DNA of 64,000 nucleotides from Eledone cirrhosa (taxonomy: Eukaryota), in contig OZ024755.1 of assembly GCA_964016885.1 (NCBI GenBank), forward strand, positions 24,738,001 through 24,802,000. The letters run 5' to 3'. Below the pieces are notes generated by a model, which was not told the DNA's origin, did no database searches, and was given only the letters and a program-made list of their open reading frames with translations. A program made the translations under genes and the position numbers. The stretch's first letter is position 1; each line of letters opens with the position of its first letter. Shown here one piece after another: positions 38,688 through 48,885 of the stretch.

Positions 38688-41600
38688 ATGTATCTTGCTC
38701 AGCACCGGAAAAAAAAAACAACTTAAAAGCATGATAGATTATATGTAGCAGCAATTATTTTAAGGCCATTTTCCCTGCTAAATCAGGGGTTAACCATATG
38801 GGCCCCATAAAAAGCTTCATACTAATTTTGGGGTACTTTTTGAAGCAATATTTTATGACTATAAGCCCTTGCTGGTACCAACCCTTTTTTTCTTACAAAA
38901 CATATGATAGATTATACACACACACACATACAAACACACACACAAATAGTAGGCAACAAATATACTTTGCAAGGAGGGAAACAGAAAATAAAAACTTTAT
39001 ACATGTCTTGTGATGTGAGAACCAAACACATGAAGTGTCCAGGATTATGAAGCAGCATATCAGGGAAATCGTGCTGCTGTTGGGGAGAAGTGTGTCCAAA
39101 ATGATAATGGTATACTTGCTCTCACTGATGACAAAAAGAAGGCAACATGGAAATGTCATTATGAGAGACTGATGAATGCATAGGAGGAAGATTATCTGGC
39201 CCAAGTGGACCGAACAGAGGGACCAGCTGTATTAGTCAACAGCAGCATAGTAAGGAAGACAATTAAAGATATGAAGACAGCAAAGCAGCTGGGCCATCGG
39301 GAATAGTTACTGAAATGCTGAAACCATCTGGGATGGTAGGACCCATCTTAACCACCCATATCTTAAACCAAAATGGTGCTATATCTAATGACTGGCATAG
39401 CAGCATCATCATCAACTGCCACAAGGGCAAAGGCAATGCACTAGAACATGTCAGGACATAATCCAAGATGTGCCAGTGTTTTAATGTTATTTTGTGTCAG
39501 TTTATGAGATGGAACAAACAGTTTGTAGCTATGAATTCATGATCAATACACTGACCCAGTAATATGTCCATTCAGCTTGCAGCACCGTGCTGTCCAAGAA
39601 TAGTTTTCAATAAATAGCGGTCAAAGCTAATTCTCTCTCTCTCTTTCTCTGGAAGAAATCTGCTCTGTCCAGACCTGGACAGGTGATGAGCTCCACCAGG
39701 TTTAATGTCCCTACTGTACCCCTGTGACTTCATCACTGTAGATATAAATAGTGATGTGATTTCATAAAAGAAAGAAATGGTGGGTGGTAGATGTCATGTA
39801 AATAACAAGGAACAGAAAAACAACCAGAAAAAAACACGGAATATGAAATCGGAGCCAATACATAACAAAATATAGCAACTTTTTCTTTCCTATGTTTTAC
39901 CTTCAGATTGGAAGGGATCAGCCCTCGGCTTCTGCTGCCATATCTGTCAGTGAAACTACAGACTATATTGATAAATACAATCTTAAACCGCAGGTAAGTC
40001 TTTTTTGATTATCCCTTTTGTTACCATATTTCTACTAACCCTTTAATTACCATATTTCTAATAAAAAAACACTGCCTATGTCATTAACCCTTTCATTACC
40101 ATGTTTCTAATAAAAAACACTGCCTATGTCATTAACCCTTTCATTACCATATTTCTAATGAAAGACACTGCCTATGATTGTCAGATAAGTTTGAAAATAT
40201 TTAAGAATTTGGAGGGATTTAGTAATATAACTAACTTTTTCAATACTAAGTTTGTATTTTGTACAGAACTTAACGAAAATTCTTAAATGAAATTATGATG
40301 GAAGGTTTTCAGATAAATATAACAATAAAGTGGTGCTGGTTCCACAAATGAGGTGGTGTTGATGCCATGACAAAATACACCCAGCCACACTAGCTCCCAG
40401 TCCAGACACTAGAGATGACTGAGGAAGGAAGGGGTGATGATAAACTACAAAAAACAGCATCTAACATTCACTACACTTGTGTGTACAATCTATATATAAA
40501 TTTGAGCAACTTATTTTTGTAAGTGTGTCTGTGTTTGCGCGTTTATAACAATATACTCATACAATCATCAGTGTGTTGAAAGAATTTCTAGTCTTATATA
40601 TTTTTGCTTATGTATATGAGCTGATGTCGCTCATTTGCATATGGAGTGGTAGCCGGCCAGGCTTAAATTAAAAAAGTTTGTATTGGTGTTCCAACATATT
40701 TCGACAAATTTTGTATGGTTGGATACCCCTTCTATCACCAACCACTTTACTGTGCATATAGGGTTCGTTTGTTGTGTAGATCCCCAGCACTATATTAGAT
40801 GTCATGTCTTTGATACAACTGAAGTGTCCTAAACATTGATACTTTTTTCTGTGTTGCGAGTGGTCCAGATTTTCATTGCTGACTCAAAAGATAACATACT
40901 TCGTGTTTTGTCTGTGTTAGTATCCATAGTGTTGCTGTTGTTGTTATTGATGTCACACATACTGCTGCTGTTGTTGCCTCACTTACTGCTGCTGTTGTTG
41001 TTGATGTCACACATACTGCTGCTGTTGTTGTCTCACTTACTGCTGTTGTTGTTATTGTTGTCATCACTTAATTTTTCATTTGTTGCAGAAGTTTGTTTTA
41101 ATATGTTATGGGAACACTATGGTTAGAGTCTACATTTAATGGCTTTTTGTTCTCCTCTTTCCCCAATTTACAACCCCCTCCCCCCATCCCACCATGGCAT
41201 TATTGTTATTTGATCCACTTTCATTTTTCATATTTTTAAATGTTTCATTTTGCTATGCAAAAGTTATAACTTCTTTCCTCCTTATTCTGGTGATCAGAGG
41301 TGAAAGAAACTTAAAAGGCTCACCAAAAGATGGTAACACTGGTTAAAACTACAGTTCAGAAAGGTTTTGAGAAATAAATCTCCTTCTGCAAAAATGCAGA
41401 GCCCAAAGGATCATATCTTTCTTTGATAGTAATCATCATCATTACCATTTAACATCTATTTTCCTTGCTTGCAATAAGATTAGTCAGGTCAGGTGACCAT
41501 GGCGTTTTCATATGGATCTATATTTTTATTTGGTTTCTATGGCTGGATGCCCTTCCAATAATAATAATTGTTTCTACTTTAGGCACAAGGCCAGCAATTA

Positions 41601-44600
41601 CCCAGTGCATTACTGGTACTTTATTTTATCGACCCCGTAAGGATGAAAGGCAAAGTCAACCTCGGCAGGATTTGAACTCAGATCGTAAAGGGACGTAACT
41701 ATGCTGGAAAGCATGGCGTCCGACCCTCTACCGATACTGCCAATCCACCGCCCTTCTTCCAATAATAATAATGATTTATGATTTATGCACAAGGCCAACA
41801 ATTTTTTTCTTTTTGGTGGGGAAGGTGATTAAATTGACCCCAGTGTGTTACTGGTACTTTATTTTATCAACCCCCTTAATGATGAAAGGTAAAGCTAACC
41901 TTGGCAGGATTTGAGATCAGACCGTAAAGGGCTGTAACTCTATAATAATAATATTGGTTTCTGATTTAGAAATATAAATGAACTAAGAAAGAAATTAGGT
42001 ATAAGAGGAACAGATGCTGTATGCTAGAGAGGAGATTGCATTGGTATGGTCATGTGATGCGTATAAAGGACGGCAGCTGTATAAAAAAGTGCAGGGCAAT
42101 CAAAATTGATGGAAGCTATGGAGTAGGAAGACCTAGGACAAGGTGATAAAAGCTGACCTTGCGCAACTGTACCCCTCAAAGACAATGACTCAGGATCGAG
42201 ATCTTTGGTGTTACGCAATAATACAGAAGACACACTTTCCATGTGCACAAACTCAAACATACATCTAGTAGGCATCTCTTAACCACTGTACCCCCACCCA
42301 TCCATCCACTCTTGTCCACACCTTACACTGTGAATAATACATATCCAGCCCACACTGTAAAGTGGTCTTGTAGGTGTTATGACAAAAAGCACCCAGCCCA
42401 CACAGTAAAGTGGTCTTGTAGGTGTTATGACAAAAAGCACCCAGCCCACACAGTAAAGTAGCCGTGTAGGTGACATGACAAAAAGCACCCAGCCCACACT
42501 GTAAAGTGGTCTTGTAGGTGTTATGGCAAAAAGCACGCAGCCCACACTATAAAGTGGTCTTGTAGGTGTTATGACAAAAAGCACCCAGCCCACACTGTAA
42601 AGTGGTCTTGTAGGTGTTATGACAAAAAGCACCCAGCCTACACAGTAAAGTGGTCGTGTAGGTGACATGACGAAAAGCACCCAGCCCACACAGTAAAGTG
42701 GTCTTGTAGGTGACATGACAAAAAGCACCCAGCCCACACAGTAAAGTGGTCTTGTAGGTGACATGACAAAAAGCACCCAGCCCACACAGTAAAGTGGTCT
42801 TGTAGGTGTTATGACAAAAAGCACCCAGCCCACACAGTAAAGTGGTCGTGTAGGTGACATGACAAAAAGCACCCAGTCCACACTGTAAAGTGGTCTTGTA
42901 GGTGACATGACGGAAAGCACCCAGCCCACACAGTAAAGTGGTCTTATAGGTGTTATGACAAAAAGCACCCAGCCCACACAGTAAAGTGGTCGTGTAGGTG
43001 ACATGACAAAAAGCACCCAGCCCACACTGTAAAGTGGTCTTGTAGGTGTTATGACAAAAAGCACCCAGCCCACACTGTAAAGTGGTGTTGTAGGTGTTAT
43101 GACAAAAAGCACCCAGCCTACACAGTAAAGTGGTTGTGTAGGTGACATGACAAAAAGCACCCAGTCCACACTGTAAAGTGGTCTTGTAGGTGTTATGACA
43201 AAAAGCACCCAGCCCACACAGTAAAGTGGTCATGTAGGAGTCATGACAAAAAGCACCCAGCCTACACAGTAAAGTGGTCGTGTAGGTGTTATGACGAAAA
43301 GCACCCAGCCCACACTGTAAAGTGGTCTTGTAGGTGTTATGACAAAAAGCACCCAGCCCACACAGTAAAGTGGTCATGTAGGAGTCATGACAAAAAGCAC
43401 CCAGCCTACACAGTAAAGTGGTCGTGTAGGTGTTATGACGAAAAGCACCCAGCCCACACTGTAAAGTGGTCTTGTAGGTGTTATGACAAAAAGCACCCAG
43501 CCCACACAGTAAAGTGGTCATGTAGGAGTCATGACAAAAAGCACCCAGCCTACACAGTAAAGTGGTCGTGTAGGTGACATGACAAAAAGCACCCAGTCCA
43601 CACTGTAAAGTGGTCTTGTAGGTGTTATGACAAAAAGCACCCAGCCCACACAGTAAAGTGGTCATGTAGGTGACATGACAAAAAGCACCCAGCCCACACA
43701 GTAAAGTGGTTGTGTAGGTGACATGACAAAAAGCACCCAGTCCACACTGTAAAGTGGTCTTGTAGGTGTTATGACAAAAAGCACCCAGCCCACACAGTAA
43801 AGTGGTCTTATAGGTGTTATGACAAAAAGCACCCAGCCCACACAGTAAAGTGGTCGTGAAGGTGACATGACAAAAAGCACCCAGCCCACACTGTAAAGTG
43901 GTCTTGTAGGTGTTATGACAAAAAGCACCCAGCCTACACAGTAAAGTGGTTGTGTAGGTGACATGACAAAAAGCACCCAGCCCACACAGTAAAGTGGTTG
44001 TGTAGGAGACATGACGAAAAGCATCCTGCACACACTGTAGATGTGGTTGGCATTAGGAAGGTCATCCAACCCTAGAAACCTAGCCAGAAACAGTTCTACA
44101 TAAGTAAGACATGATCACCTGACCCAACTCGCCTCAAATGGGACAACCCATCTAACCCATGCTAGTATGGAAAATGGACGTTAAACGATGATAATGATGA
44201 TGCATAAGGCCAGCAATGGGGAGGGAAGGTCAACTAAATCAACCCTCGCGCATTACTGGTGCTTTATTTTATCGACCCCTTAAGGATGAAAGGCAAAGTT
44301 AACCTCAACGGGATTTGAAGTCAGAACGTAAAGGGCTGTAAATCTATGCTGCGAAGCTTTGTGTCTACCGATACAGCCAAACCATTACCCTAATAATAAT
44401 TGTTTCTACTTTCGGTACAAGGCCAGCAAATACCCAGTGCATTACTGGTACTTTATTTTATCGTTCTCGTAAGGATGAAAGGCAAAGTTAACCTCGGCAG
44501 GATTTGAACTCAGATCATAAAGGGCCGTAACTCTATGCTGCAAAACATGGCGTCCGACACTCTACCGATACTGCCAATAATAATAATAATAATATATTTG

Positions 44601-44858
44601 TATTTATTATTTCAGGACTTCCTTTTGAAATTACCTGGAGTCAATTTGAAAAATTATCGACTCATTATGAACAAAGTGACAAATATTTATGAATTGAGCA
44701 AGTTAACTGAGGAAGAACTGGCAAAGATTTTGGGCAATGCCAGCAATGCAAAGTTGTTGTCGGGATTCCTAAAATCCAAAGCAGACAGTTTGCATCAGAC
44801 AAGCCATTCAGCTCAAAGTAAAACAGAGAAAAAACGGACATATAAAAGAAAATTATGA
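16139..44858 (+). CDS. ERCC4: DNA repair endonuclease XPF (ERCC4), complete spliced gene, 22 exons, about 868 aa (span of the joined CDS)
   Basis: Exons join in frame through GT-AG introns (2607 nt including the stop). Translation follows human XPF as recalled: [72 protein letters not shown]...[13 protein letters not shown] (nuclease motif), DFLLKLPGV (HhH2). Confidence 0.96.
16965..17061 (+). CDS. ERCC4: XPF exon 2 ([32 protein letters not shown])
   Basis: tttcag acceptor, gtaaga donor; matches XPF GLG...LVLVLN. Confidence 0.92.
17140..17600 (+). repeat. Diverged ~49-bp tandem array related to the RTE 3' UTR unit
   Basis: ggtagtgctggtgccatgataaaatacacccagtacactctgtaaa repeated; followed by gcattaggcaagtcatccagct. 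Confidence 0.8.
17723..17805 (+). CDS. ERCC4: XPF exon 3 ([27 protein letters not shown])
   Basis: ttgtag acceptor, gtaaga donor; TNE motif; phases compatible. Confidence 0.9.
17885..18215 (+). mobile_element. tRNA-derived SINE with an RTE-type 3' tail
   Basis: tggcttagtggttag (A box) ... gagttcaattc (B box), core ccttgagcaagacactt, tail ggaagggcatccagctgtagaaa...(gat)n. Confidence 0.8.
18664..18694 (-). ncRNA. Hammerhead-like core, third copy of the 704 family, in XPF intron 3 (antisense)
   Basis: Minus strand reads CTGATGAAGGACTAGCGTCTGAAATGTT; flanks 18576-18755 match 650-820. Confidence 0.5.
18913..19035 (+). CDS. ERCC4: XPF exon 4 ([40 protein letters not shown])
   Basis: Conserved [10 protein letters not shown]; AG/GT boundaries. 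Confidence 0.95.
19595..19652 (+). CDS. ERCC4: XPF exon 5 ([19 protein letters not shown])
   Basis: Near-identical to [20 protein letters not shown]; AG/GT boundaries. Confidence 0.95.
20651..20803 (+). CDS. ERCC4: XPF exon 6 (TGFIKAFSD...[19 protein letters not shown])
   Basis: GFIKAF and LWPRFH motifs; AG/GT boundaries. Confidence 0.95.
21343..22352 (+). mobile_element. Non-autonomous Helitron-type element (about 1.0 kb) in XPF intron 6
   Basis: 5' TC(TACTATATAAA), 3' hairpin TACCCG-AGTAACGC-CGGGTA then CTAG. Inserted between host A and T with no target duplication. It splits a repeat whose uninterrupted form is seen near 21010-21060. Confidence 0.8.
22707..22820 (+). CDS. ERCC4: XPF exon 7 ([38 protein letters not shown])
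   Basis: Matches XPF VVEIHVSMT...QTAILD; ttttag acceptor, gtaggt donor. Confidence 0.92.
22868..24185 (+). repeat. 67-bp tandem array, about 19 copies, in XPF intron 7
   Basis: gtacactg recurs at 22948, 23015, 23082 and onward; central copies are near-identical. Confidence 0.97.
25045..25367 (-). mobile_element. Near-identical inverted copy of the 17885 SINE
   Basis: Reverse complement aligns along its whole length; spurious ORF translations 17893- and 25127+ are almost identical. Confidence 0.85.
25492..25640 (+). CDS. ERCC4: XPF exon 8 ([17 protein letters not shown]...DLKTLRMIC)
   Basis: ENAIGK.FD and DLK.LR motifs; AG/GT boundaries. Confidence 0.93.
25660..26120 (+). repeat. 30- to 43-bp minisatellite
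   Basis: gtattacctgggtatttagcaccctacaat repeated. Confidence 0.85.
26281..26334 (+). CDS. ERCC4: XPF exon 9 ([17 protein letters not shown])
   Basis: YDCVTF motif; ttccag acceptor, gtgagc donor. Confidence 0.92.
27863..27932 (+). CDS. ERCC4: XPF exon 10 ([23 protein letters not shown])
   Basis: GWLFLDS motif; AG/GT boundaries. Confidence 0.93.
28386..28476 (+). CDS. ERCC4: XPF exon 11 ([30 protein letters not shown])
   Basis: Corresponds to XPF NARARVY; phases fit both neighbours. Confidence 0.85.
28686..28843 (+). CDS. ERCC4: XPF exon 12 ([18 protein letters not shown]...[12 protein letters not shown])
   Basis: PKW and DDRTC.QL motifs. Confidence 0.93.
28975..29585 (+). repeat. About 52-bp minisatellite
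   Basis: cccacccctctactataacacaatagtaactattatcaccattagttcatat repeated. Confidence 0.88.
29744..29827 (+). CDS. ERCC4: XPF exon 13 ([28 protein letters not shown])
   Basis: Strong pyrimidine tract with cag, gtaaga donor; aligns to the segment after QLRD in XPF. Confidence 0.82.
30525..30632 (+). CDS. ERCC4: Probable XPF exon 14 ([36 protein letters not shown])
   Basis: 108-nt open phase-0/0 segment, Lys-rich like the poorly conserved XPF linker; weak ttttgaaag acceptor, GAG|gtattt donor. Confidence 0.6.
31530..31724 (+). CDS. ERCC4: XPF exon 15 ([20 protein letters not shown]...[16 protein letters not shown])
   Basis: IIHP, P.YV.LYD and FVR.LE motifs. Confidence 0.94.
31740..31975 (+). repeat. 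About 43-bp minisatellite
   Basis: tttgataccaaaccaactaaaaccacatctggtcataactc repeated. Confidence 0.8.
32600..32995 (-). mobile_element. SINE with the same head and core but a different 3' tail
   Basis: Head and core at 32870-32995 match the 17885 family; tail 32600-32870 is unrelated to the RTE tail. Confidence 0.65.
33094..33231 (+). CDS. ERCC4: XPF exon 16 ([18 protein letters not shown]...LIKEKA)
   Basis: PLRVYFLIY and EEQ.YLT.LRKEKE.FE motifs. Confidence 0.95.
33920..34172 (+). repeat. 47-bp minisatellite
   Basis: ccctataagagctaacctgatgccaaacagctaccccatcacatat repeated. Confidence 0.85.
34228..34356 (+). CDS. ERCC4: XPF exon 17 ([15 protein letters not shown]...[15 protein letters not shown])
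   Basis: MV.PEER.G and RK.GG motifs. Confidence 0.9.
34528..34745 (+). repeat. About 48-bp minisatellite; reverse-complement copies at 40010-40175
   Basis: gtctttcatta.aaatatggtaatgaaagggttaa repeated. Confidence 0.8.
36344..36430 (+). CDS. ERCC4: XPF exon 18 ([29 protein letters not shown])
   Basis: Start of the ERCC4 nuclease domain. Confidence 0.96.
36820..36990 (+). CDS. ERCC4: XPF exon 19 ([24 protein letters not shown]...[12 protein letters not shown])
   Basis: Catalytic GD...ERKxxxD motif intact. Confidence 0.97.
37140..38060 (+). mobile_element. Highly decayed RTE-like LINE 3' fragments
   Basis: Remnants of RWM, W.GHV and GRP codons in two consecutive pieces. Confidence 0.5.
38388..38528 (+). 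CDS. ERCC4: XPF exon 20 (NKYQLEND...[28 protein letters not shown])
   Basis: HFP.LRILWC and ATAELF motifs. Confidence 0.95.
39020..39455 (+). mobile_element. Decayed LINE fragment from the region upstream of the RT core
   Basis: [39 protein letters not shown]. Confidence 0.6.
39907..39993 (+). CDS. ERCC4: XPF exon 21 ([29 protein letters not shown])
   Basis: QP...KYN..PQ as in XPF; AG/GT boundaries. Confidence 0.9.
41565..41760 (-). mobile_element. Abundant Pol III SINE family with a Meta-domain-like core; representative full copy
   Basis: Minus strand reads ggcggtggattggcagtatcgg...gagttcaaatcc.gccgagg..gactttgcctttcatccttacggggtcgataaaataaagtaccag...(att)n. Further copies near 1085, 2110-2612 (x3), 7195-7580 (x2), 12850, 15110-15360, 26460, 32260, 33680, 41785, 44200-44580 (x2), 49500, 49830, 62090, 63035. 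Confidence 0.8.
41975..44200 (+). mobile_element. RTE LINE 3' fragment whose 3' UTR contains the 48-bp array
   Basis: 41975-42240 matches the C-terminal coding region of the 53757 ORF; 44040-44200 matches its 3' tail. Confidence 0.8.
42345..44040 (+). repeat. 48-bp tandem array, about 35 copies, in XPF intron 21
   Basis: Unit aaaaagcacccagcccacacagtaaagtggtcttgtaggtgttatgac. Confidence 0.97.
44616..44858 (+). CDS. ERCC4: XPF exon 22, terminal ([15 protein letters not shown]...KRTYKRKL*), HhH2 domain
   Basis: DFLLKLPGV and LGNASNAK motifs; TGA ends at 44858; AATAAA at 44859-44864. Confidence 0.95.
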   Translation, partial: DFLLKLPGVNLKNYRLIMNKVTNIYELSKLTEEELAKILGNASNAKLLSGFLKSKADSLHQTSHSAQSKTEKKRTYKRKL

Positions 44859-45299
44859 AATAAATGAATTTAGAAGTTAAAACAAAATGGAAAGTTTTTG
44901 TTACTTGTCTCCTCTGTTTAACCTAAGAGAGATGGGGGGGGGGGGGGGCTGTAGAGGATGATAGAAACAGAGTCAGTGATGAATGTTGTGGTTTGGTCAT
45001 GTGTTGAAGAAGGATGAAAATGACTGGGTGAGAGGAATAGCTAATGATGAATGTTTTGAAGAAAAATGGAATGAGATGTGAGGGGAGTGATAAAAATGAA
45101 TGTGGAAGGATGTATGGGAAGAGGAAGACTAAGAAAACATGGCTAAAATTGATGTAGGAGGAAATGAAAATGAAAGATTCAATGAAGGTGAGGAAGAGCA
45201 TAAGTAAAAATGGTAAAGCTTGTCATGAGGACACACAAGGTTAAGTTTCTAGTCTTAAAATACTTGTGTTATTGATTTACATTACTGAATGAATCACCA

Positions 45300-46640
45300 T
45301 CTTCAATAAAGGAGATAAAAGATTATGCAGGCAACTACAGAGGAATCTCTCCTCTCCATAACAGGAAAAGATTTGGCAAAAATAATCTTAAGATGTTTGT
45401 AGATGCTCACAGAGCACATACTGCCAGAATCACTATGTGGATTACACTCCAACAGAGGGACTATAGACATGATCTTCTGGGAAAGATAGATACTGGAAAG
45501 GTTTGGATGTCTGACAACAATGGTCTCTATTATCAGATAATTCGACAATGATATGGTGGGCAGGGTAGTGCACAACAACCAAACCACCGAAACCTTCCCA
45601 ATCACATATGGCTTAAAACAGGACTGTGTCTTGGCACCTACCCTTTTCTCCATCTATATAGCAACCATGATATTTGAAGTTCCACCTGACAGCCTTGGAG
45701 TCAATCAGCACTACCAACTTGATGGGGGCCTCTTTAATACTGCCCACTTTCAATCTCAGAGAAACACTACAGCCTTCAGAGTGACTGACTTTCAGAGCGA
45801 CTGACTTTCAGAGAGACTGACTTTCAGAGAGACTGACTTTCAGAGCGACTGACTTTCAGAGCGACTGACTTTCAGAGCGACTGACTTTCAGAGCGACTGA
45901 CTTTCAGAGCGACTGACTTTCAGTTTGCTGATGATATGGCTGCCATGGTCAGCAATGCAAAAGATATTGAAAGATCTGTGAGGATTTATACCAATGCATA
46001 CCAGCAGTTTGGCCTCACAGTAAATGTGGATATGACTAAAGTCCTGACCCAAGACCCCAGGATTAAATGGACCTGAAATCCAACATCAAAATCTGAGGGC
46101 TGGAAGTAGAGAATGTCTCAATTTCCTTACCTTGGAGCCGTCATAGTCAACAATGCAACATAAAGCAAAGACATCGAATGTAGGATCCAGGCAGCGAGTG
46201 CTGCATTTGGGCAAAGGGAAGCAAAGTGTTCATGGTGTATAAAGTTGTGGTACTCCCCACACTTTTGTATGGCTGAGACCTAGACGTTGTACAGGAAAGT
46301 TATAAAGAAACTCAAGGCCTTTCACCAGAGGAAACTCTGGACCATCATGAACATCAAGTGGCAGGATAAAGTAAACAACACCACAACATTTGACAGATCT
46401 GTCAGTCAAAGCATTGAAAGCACCATAATAGTACAACGATTGTGATGGGTGGGACATGTCACCCACATGAATGAATGCAGGCTACCCAACAAAACCTACA
46501 GTGAACTGACTGAAGGAAAATGCCATTTTGGTGCACCAAAGAAGCACTACAAAGACCAACTTAAGCAAACTCTCAAAAGCTGCGACTTGGACCACAACAA
46601 CTGGGAATCTGATATGGAGGATAGGGAGCTTTGGAGAAAG
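45300..46640 (+). mobile_element. Degenerate RTE (BovB-like) LINE reverse transcriptase region
   Basis: RGTIDMIF, GLKQDCVLAPTLFSIY, FQFADD, WVGHVTHMNECRLP, GAPKKHYKDQLK; multiple stops and frameshifts. Confidence 0.8.
45783..45923 (+). repeat. 16-bp tandem repeat (gactgactttcagagc), about 9 copies, inside the LINE RT
   Basis: Sits immediately before the FADD codons. Confidence 0.92.
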
Positions 46641-48144
46641 AAGTGGTCATGTAGGTGTCACGATAAAAAGCACCCAGTCCACACTGTAAAGTAGTGGTGT
46701 TGGTGCCACAACAAAAGTACCCAGCCCACACTGTAAAGTGGTCATGTAGATATCACAACAAATAGCACCCAGCCCACACTGTAAATGTGGTTGGCATTAG
46801 GGAGGACATTCAGCCGTAGAAACCTAGCAAGAACCAGTTCTATATGAGTAAGACACGGTCACTTGATCCAACATGCCTCAAGTGGGACAACTCATATAAC
46901 CCATGCTAGTGTGGAAAATGGACGTTAAATGATGATGTCCGTGTCTGTGGAATACTCAACCAGTTACACTAGAGTGTAATTGGTTATAAATCCAGCATGT
47001 GTGCGACTGCGCAATCCACAAATACGTGCACACAAAACGTAATTCTCAGGGAAATTCAGCGTGGCACGGCTGAACCTTTAAAGTAAAGGTATAGTCCATT
47101 TGACGGGCTTCCAAAGTTTATGTTTACCCAATTTCACTCCCAAAGCATGGGTTAATCCGAGACTATGGTAAATGCCATCCAAAATGTCATGCAGAGGGAT
47201 CGAACCCGGTATCTAATGATTGGGAAGCGAACTTCTCAACAACTCAGTAGGCACTGATCGAACAGACCTTTGATCAAAGATACTCTAGCTGTGACAATCA
47301 CGTTGACAGTTTCAAACATCTCGTATTTATACTTCTGTTATTGTTGAAAACCATGGTTTTGGTTACACAGTATTTTAAAGGGGGACATGGTAAATGACAC
47401 TTGTAACTGTTTTCACCACGGCCTCAGATTTTTCTTGTGTATGAGTTGGTAATGGTTGTTGTTGTTCGCCTGACCAAGATAAGATATCAGTGATATTTTC
47501 TAGGGCCCACTGCGGAGAGGTCGACAAACTTAGACCCCAGTCACAGGCGGATTCAAGCCCTGTGCGAGTAATTAAGTAGACGGAAACTGTGGAAGCCCGT
47601 CGGATAGGCTGTACCCACAATTCAGAGGCCAGGCCTCGTCACATTGTGTCACGCTGATTCTGCCTGAGAGTTATGTTAATGATGTCCGTTATACGCAGTG
47701 TAATCGGAAAAGAAAGGAGCCTATCTGTCTTTCCATTGCTAAAATTATCTGTCAGTTATAAATCCTGGCACAAGTAAGGAACTGAATATCAATCGGACAA
47801 AGAAACAATGTTTCCATTGCTGACACTATTTAACGGTGGCAACTCTAGGCAGGAGCAACGTGAAATACAGTATTTTGCTCAAGAACACAACGCACTGCCC
47901 GGTCCAAGAATCATATACACAAAATTCTGATCATGAATCAAACACCCTAACCACTAGGCCAGGCTAGTTTATAAGTGCAATCGAACCCTGGACCAAATAA
48001 TTCAGAAGCGAATACCTTAACCACTCATCCACGCTGCGTCCTCACATTAGTGTCAACGGTTTATTATCAATAAACACAACAGCGTTCGCGGGACATTTTG
48101 AACAAACATACGACATTTTGGGTTTTTTAGTAAAGTGTCCAAGT

Positions 48145-48223
48145 ATGACCCAGCTAGAAATTTCGATTTTATTTATTCTGGTTCTTATGTTTAATACAGC
48201 GATTTATTCGGCTTCTTATAATG
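48145..48223 (+). CDS. Putative exon 1 (signal peptide) of an uncharacterised membrane protein
   Basis: ATG at 48145 gives MTQLEISILFILVLMFNTAIYSASYN, then a consensus phase-1 donor ATG|gtaagt. Lies in non-repetitive-looking sequence and is phase-compatible with the exon at 61263. Confidence 0.55.
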
Positions 48224-48584
48224 GTAAGTCATATATATATATATATATATATATACATTGAAATTTTCATCTGAATGTATATGTATTTTTCCTTGAGGTT
48301 TATTTAAGATCTTCGCAGAATTCAAACCTTCTCTTCATGTGTGGATATATCTAGGTGTGTGTGTATGTGTGTGATTGCTCTTTACGTATATATGTGTGTG
48401 CCATATTCATACATGTTATCATATACGTGTATTTCAATCCAAGAGATAAAATAGAGACTCATTTGTTTGTCAGTTTGTTTGTTCTTTGTTGTAAATGTGT
48501 CATAATTTCAAAGTTGTTGCAACAATTGTATAACCCAATATACACCCCACTCCACACACCCTACTCCATCTTCCAATTTGCGTC

Positions 48585-48885
48585 CACTGTAAAGTGGTCG
48601 TGTAGGAGACATGGTAAAAAGGCTCCCAGTCCACACTGTTAAGTGGTCGTGTAGGAGACATGGTAAAAAAGGTTCTCAGTCCACACTGTTAAGTGGTCGT
48701 GTAGGAGACATGGTAAAAAAGGTTCCCAGTCCACACTGTTAAGTGGTCGTGTAGGAGACATGGTAAAAAAGGTTCCCAGTCCACACTGTTAAGTGGTCGT
48801 GTAGGAGACATGGTAAAAAGGCTCCCAGTCCACACTGTAAAGTGGTCGTGCAGGAGACACGGTAAAAAGGCTCTACACTGTAAAG
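48585..48885 (+). repeat. 50-bp tandem array, about 6 copies, related to the 48-bp unit and followed by an RTE 3' tail to about 49040
   Basis: ccacactgtt recurs at 48631, 48681, 48731, 48781. Confidence 0.92.

Noticed and set aside
40836-41126. Leu-rich hydrophobic ORF
   Set aside because: (CTG/TTG)n-based short tandem repeat within XPF intron 21; not needed for the XPF frame.
42279-44069. 494-aa and 312-aa repeat ORFs on the minus strand
   Set aside because: Translations of the 48-bp intronic satellite derived from an RTE 3' UTR.
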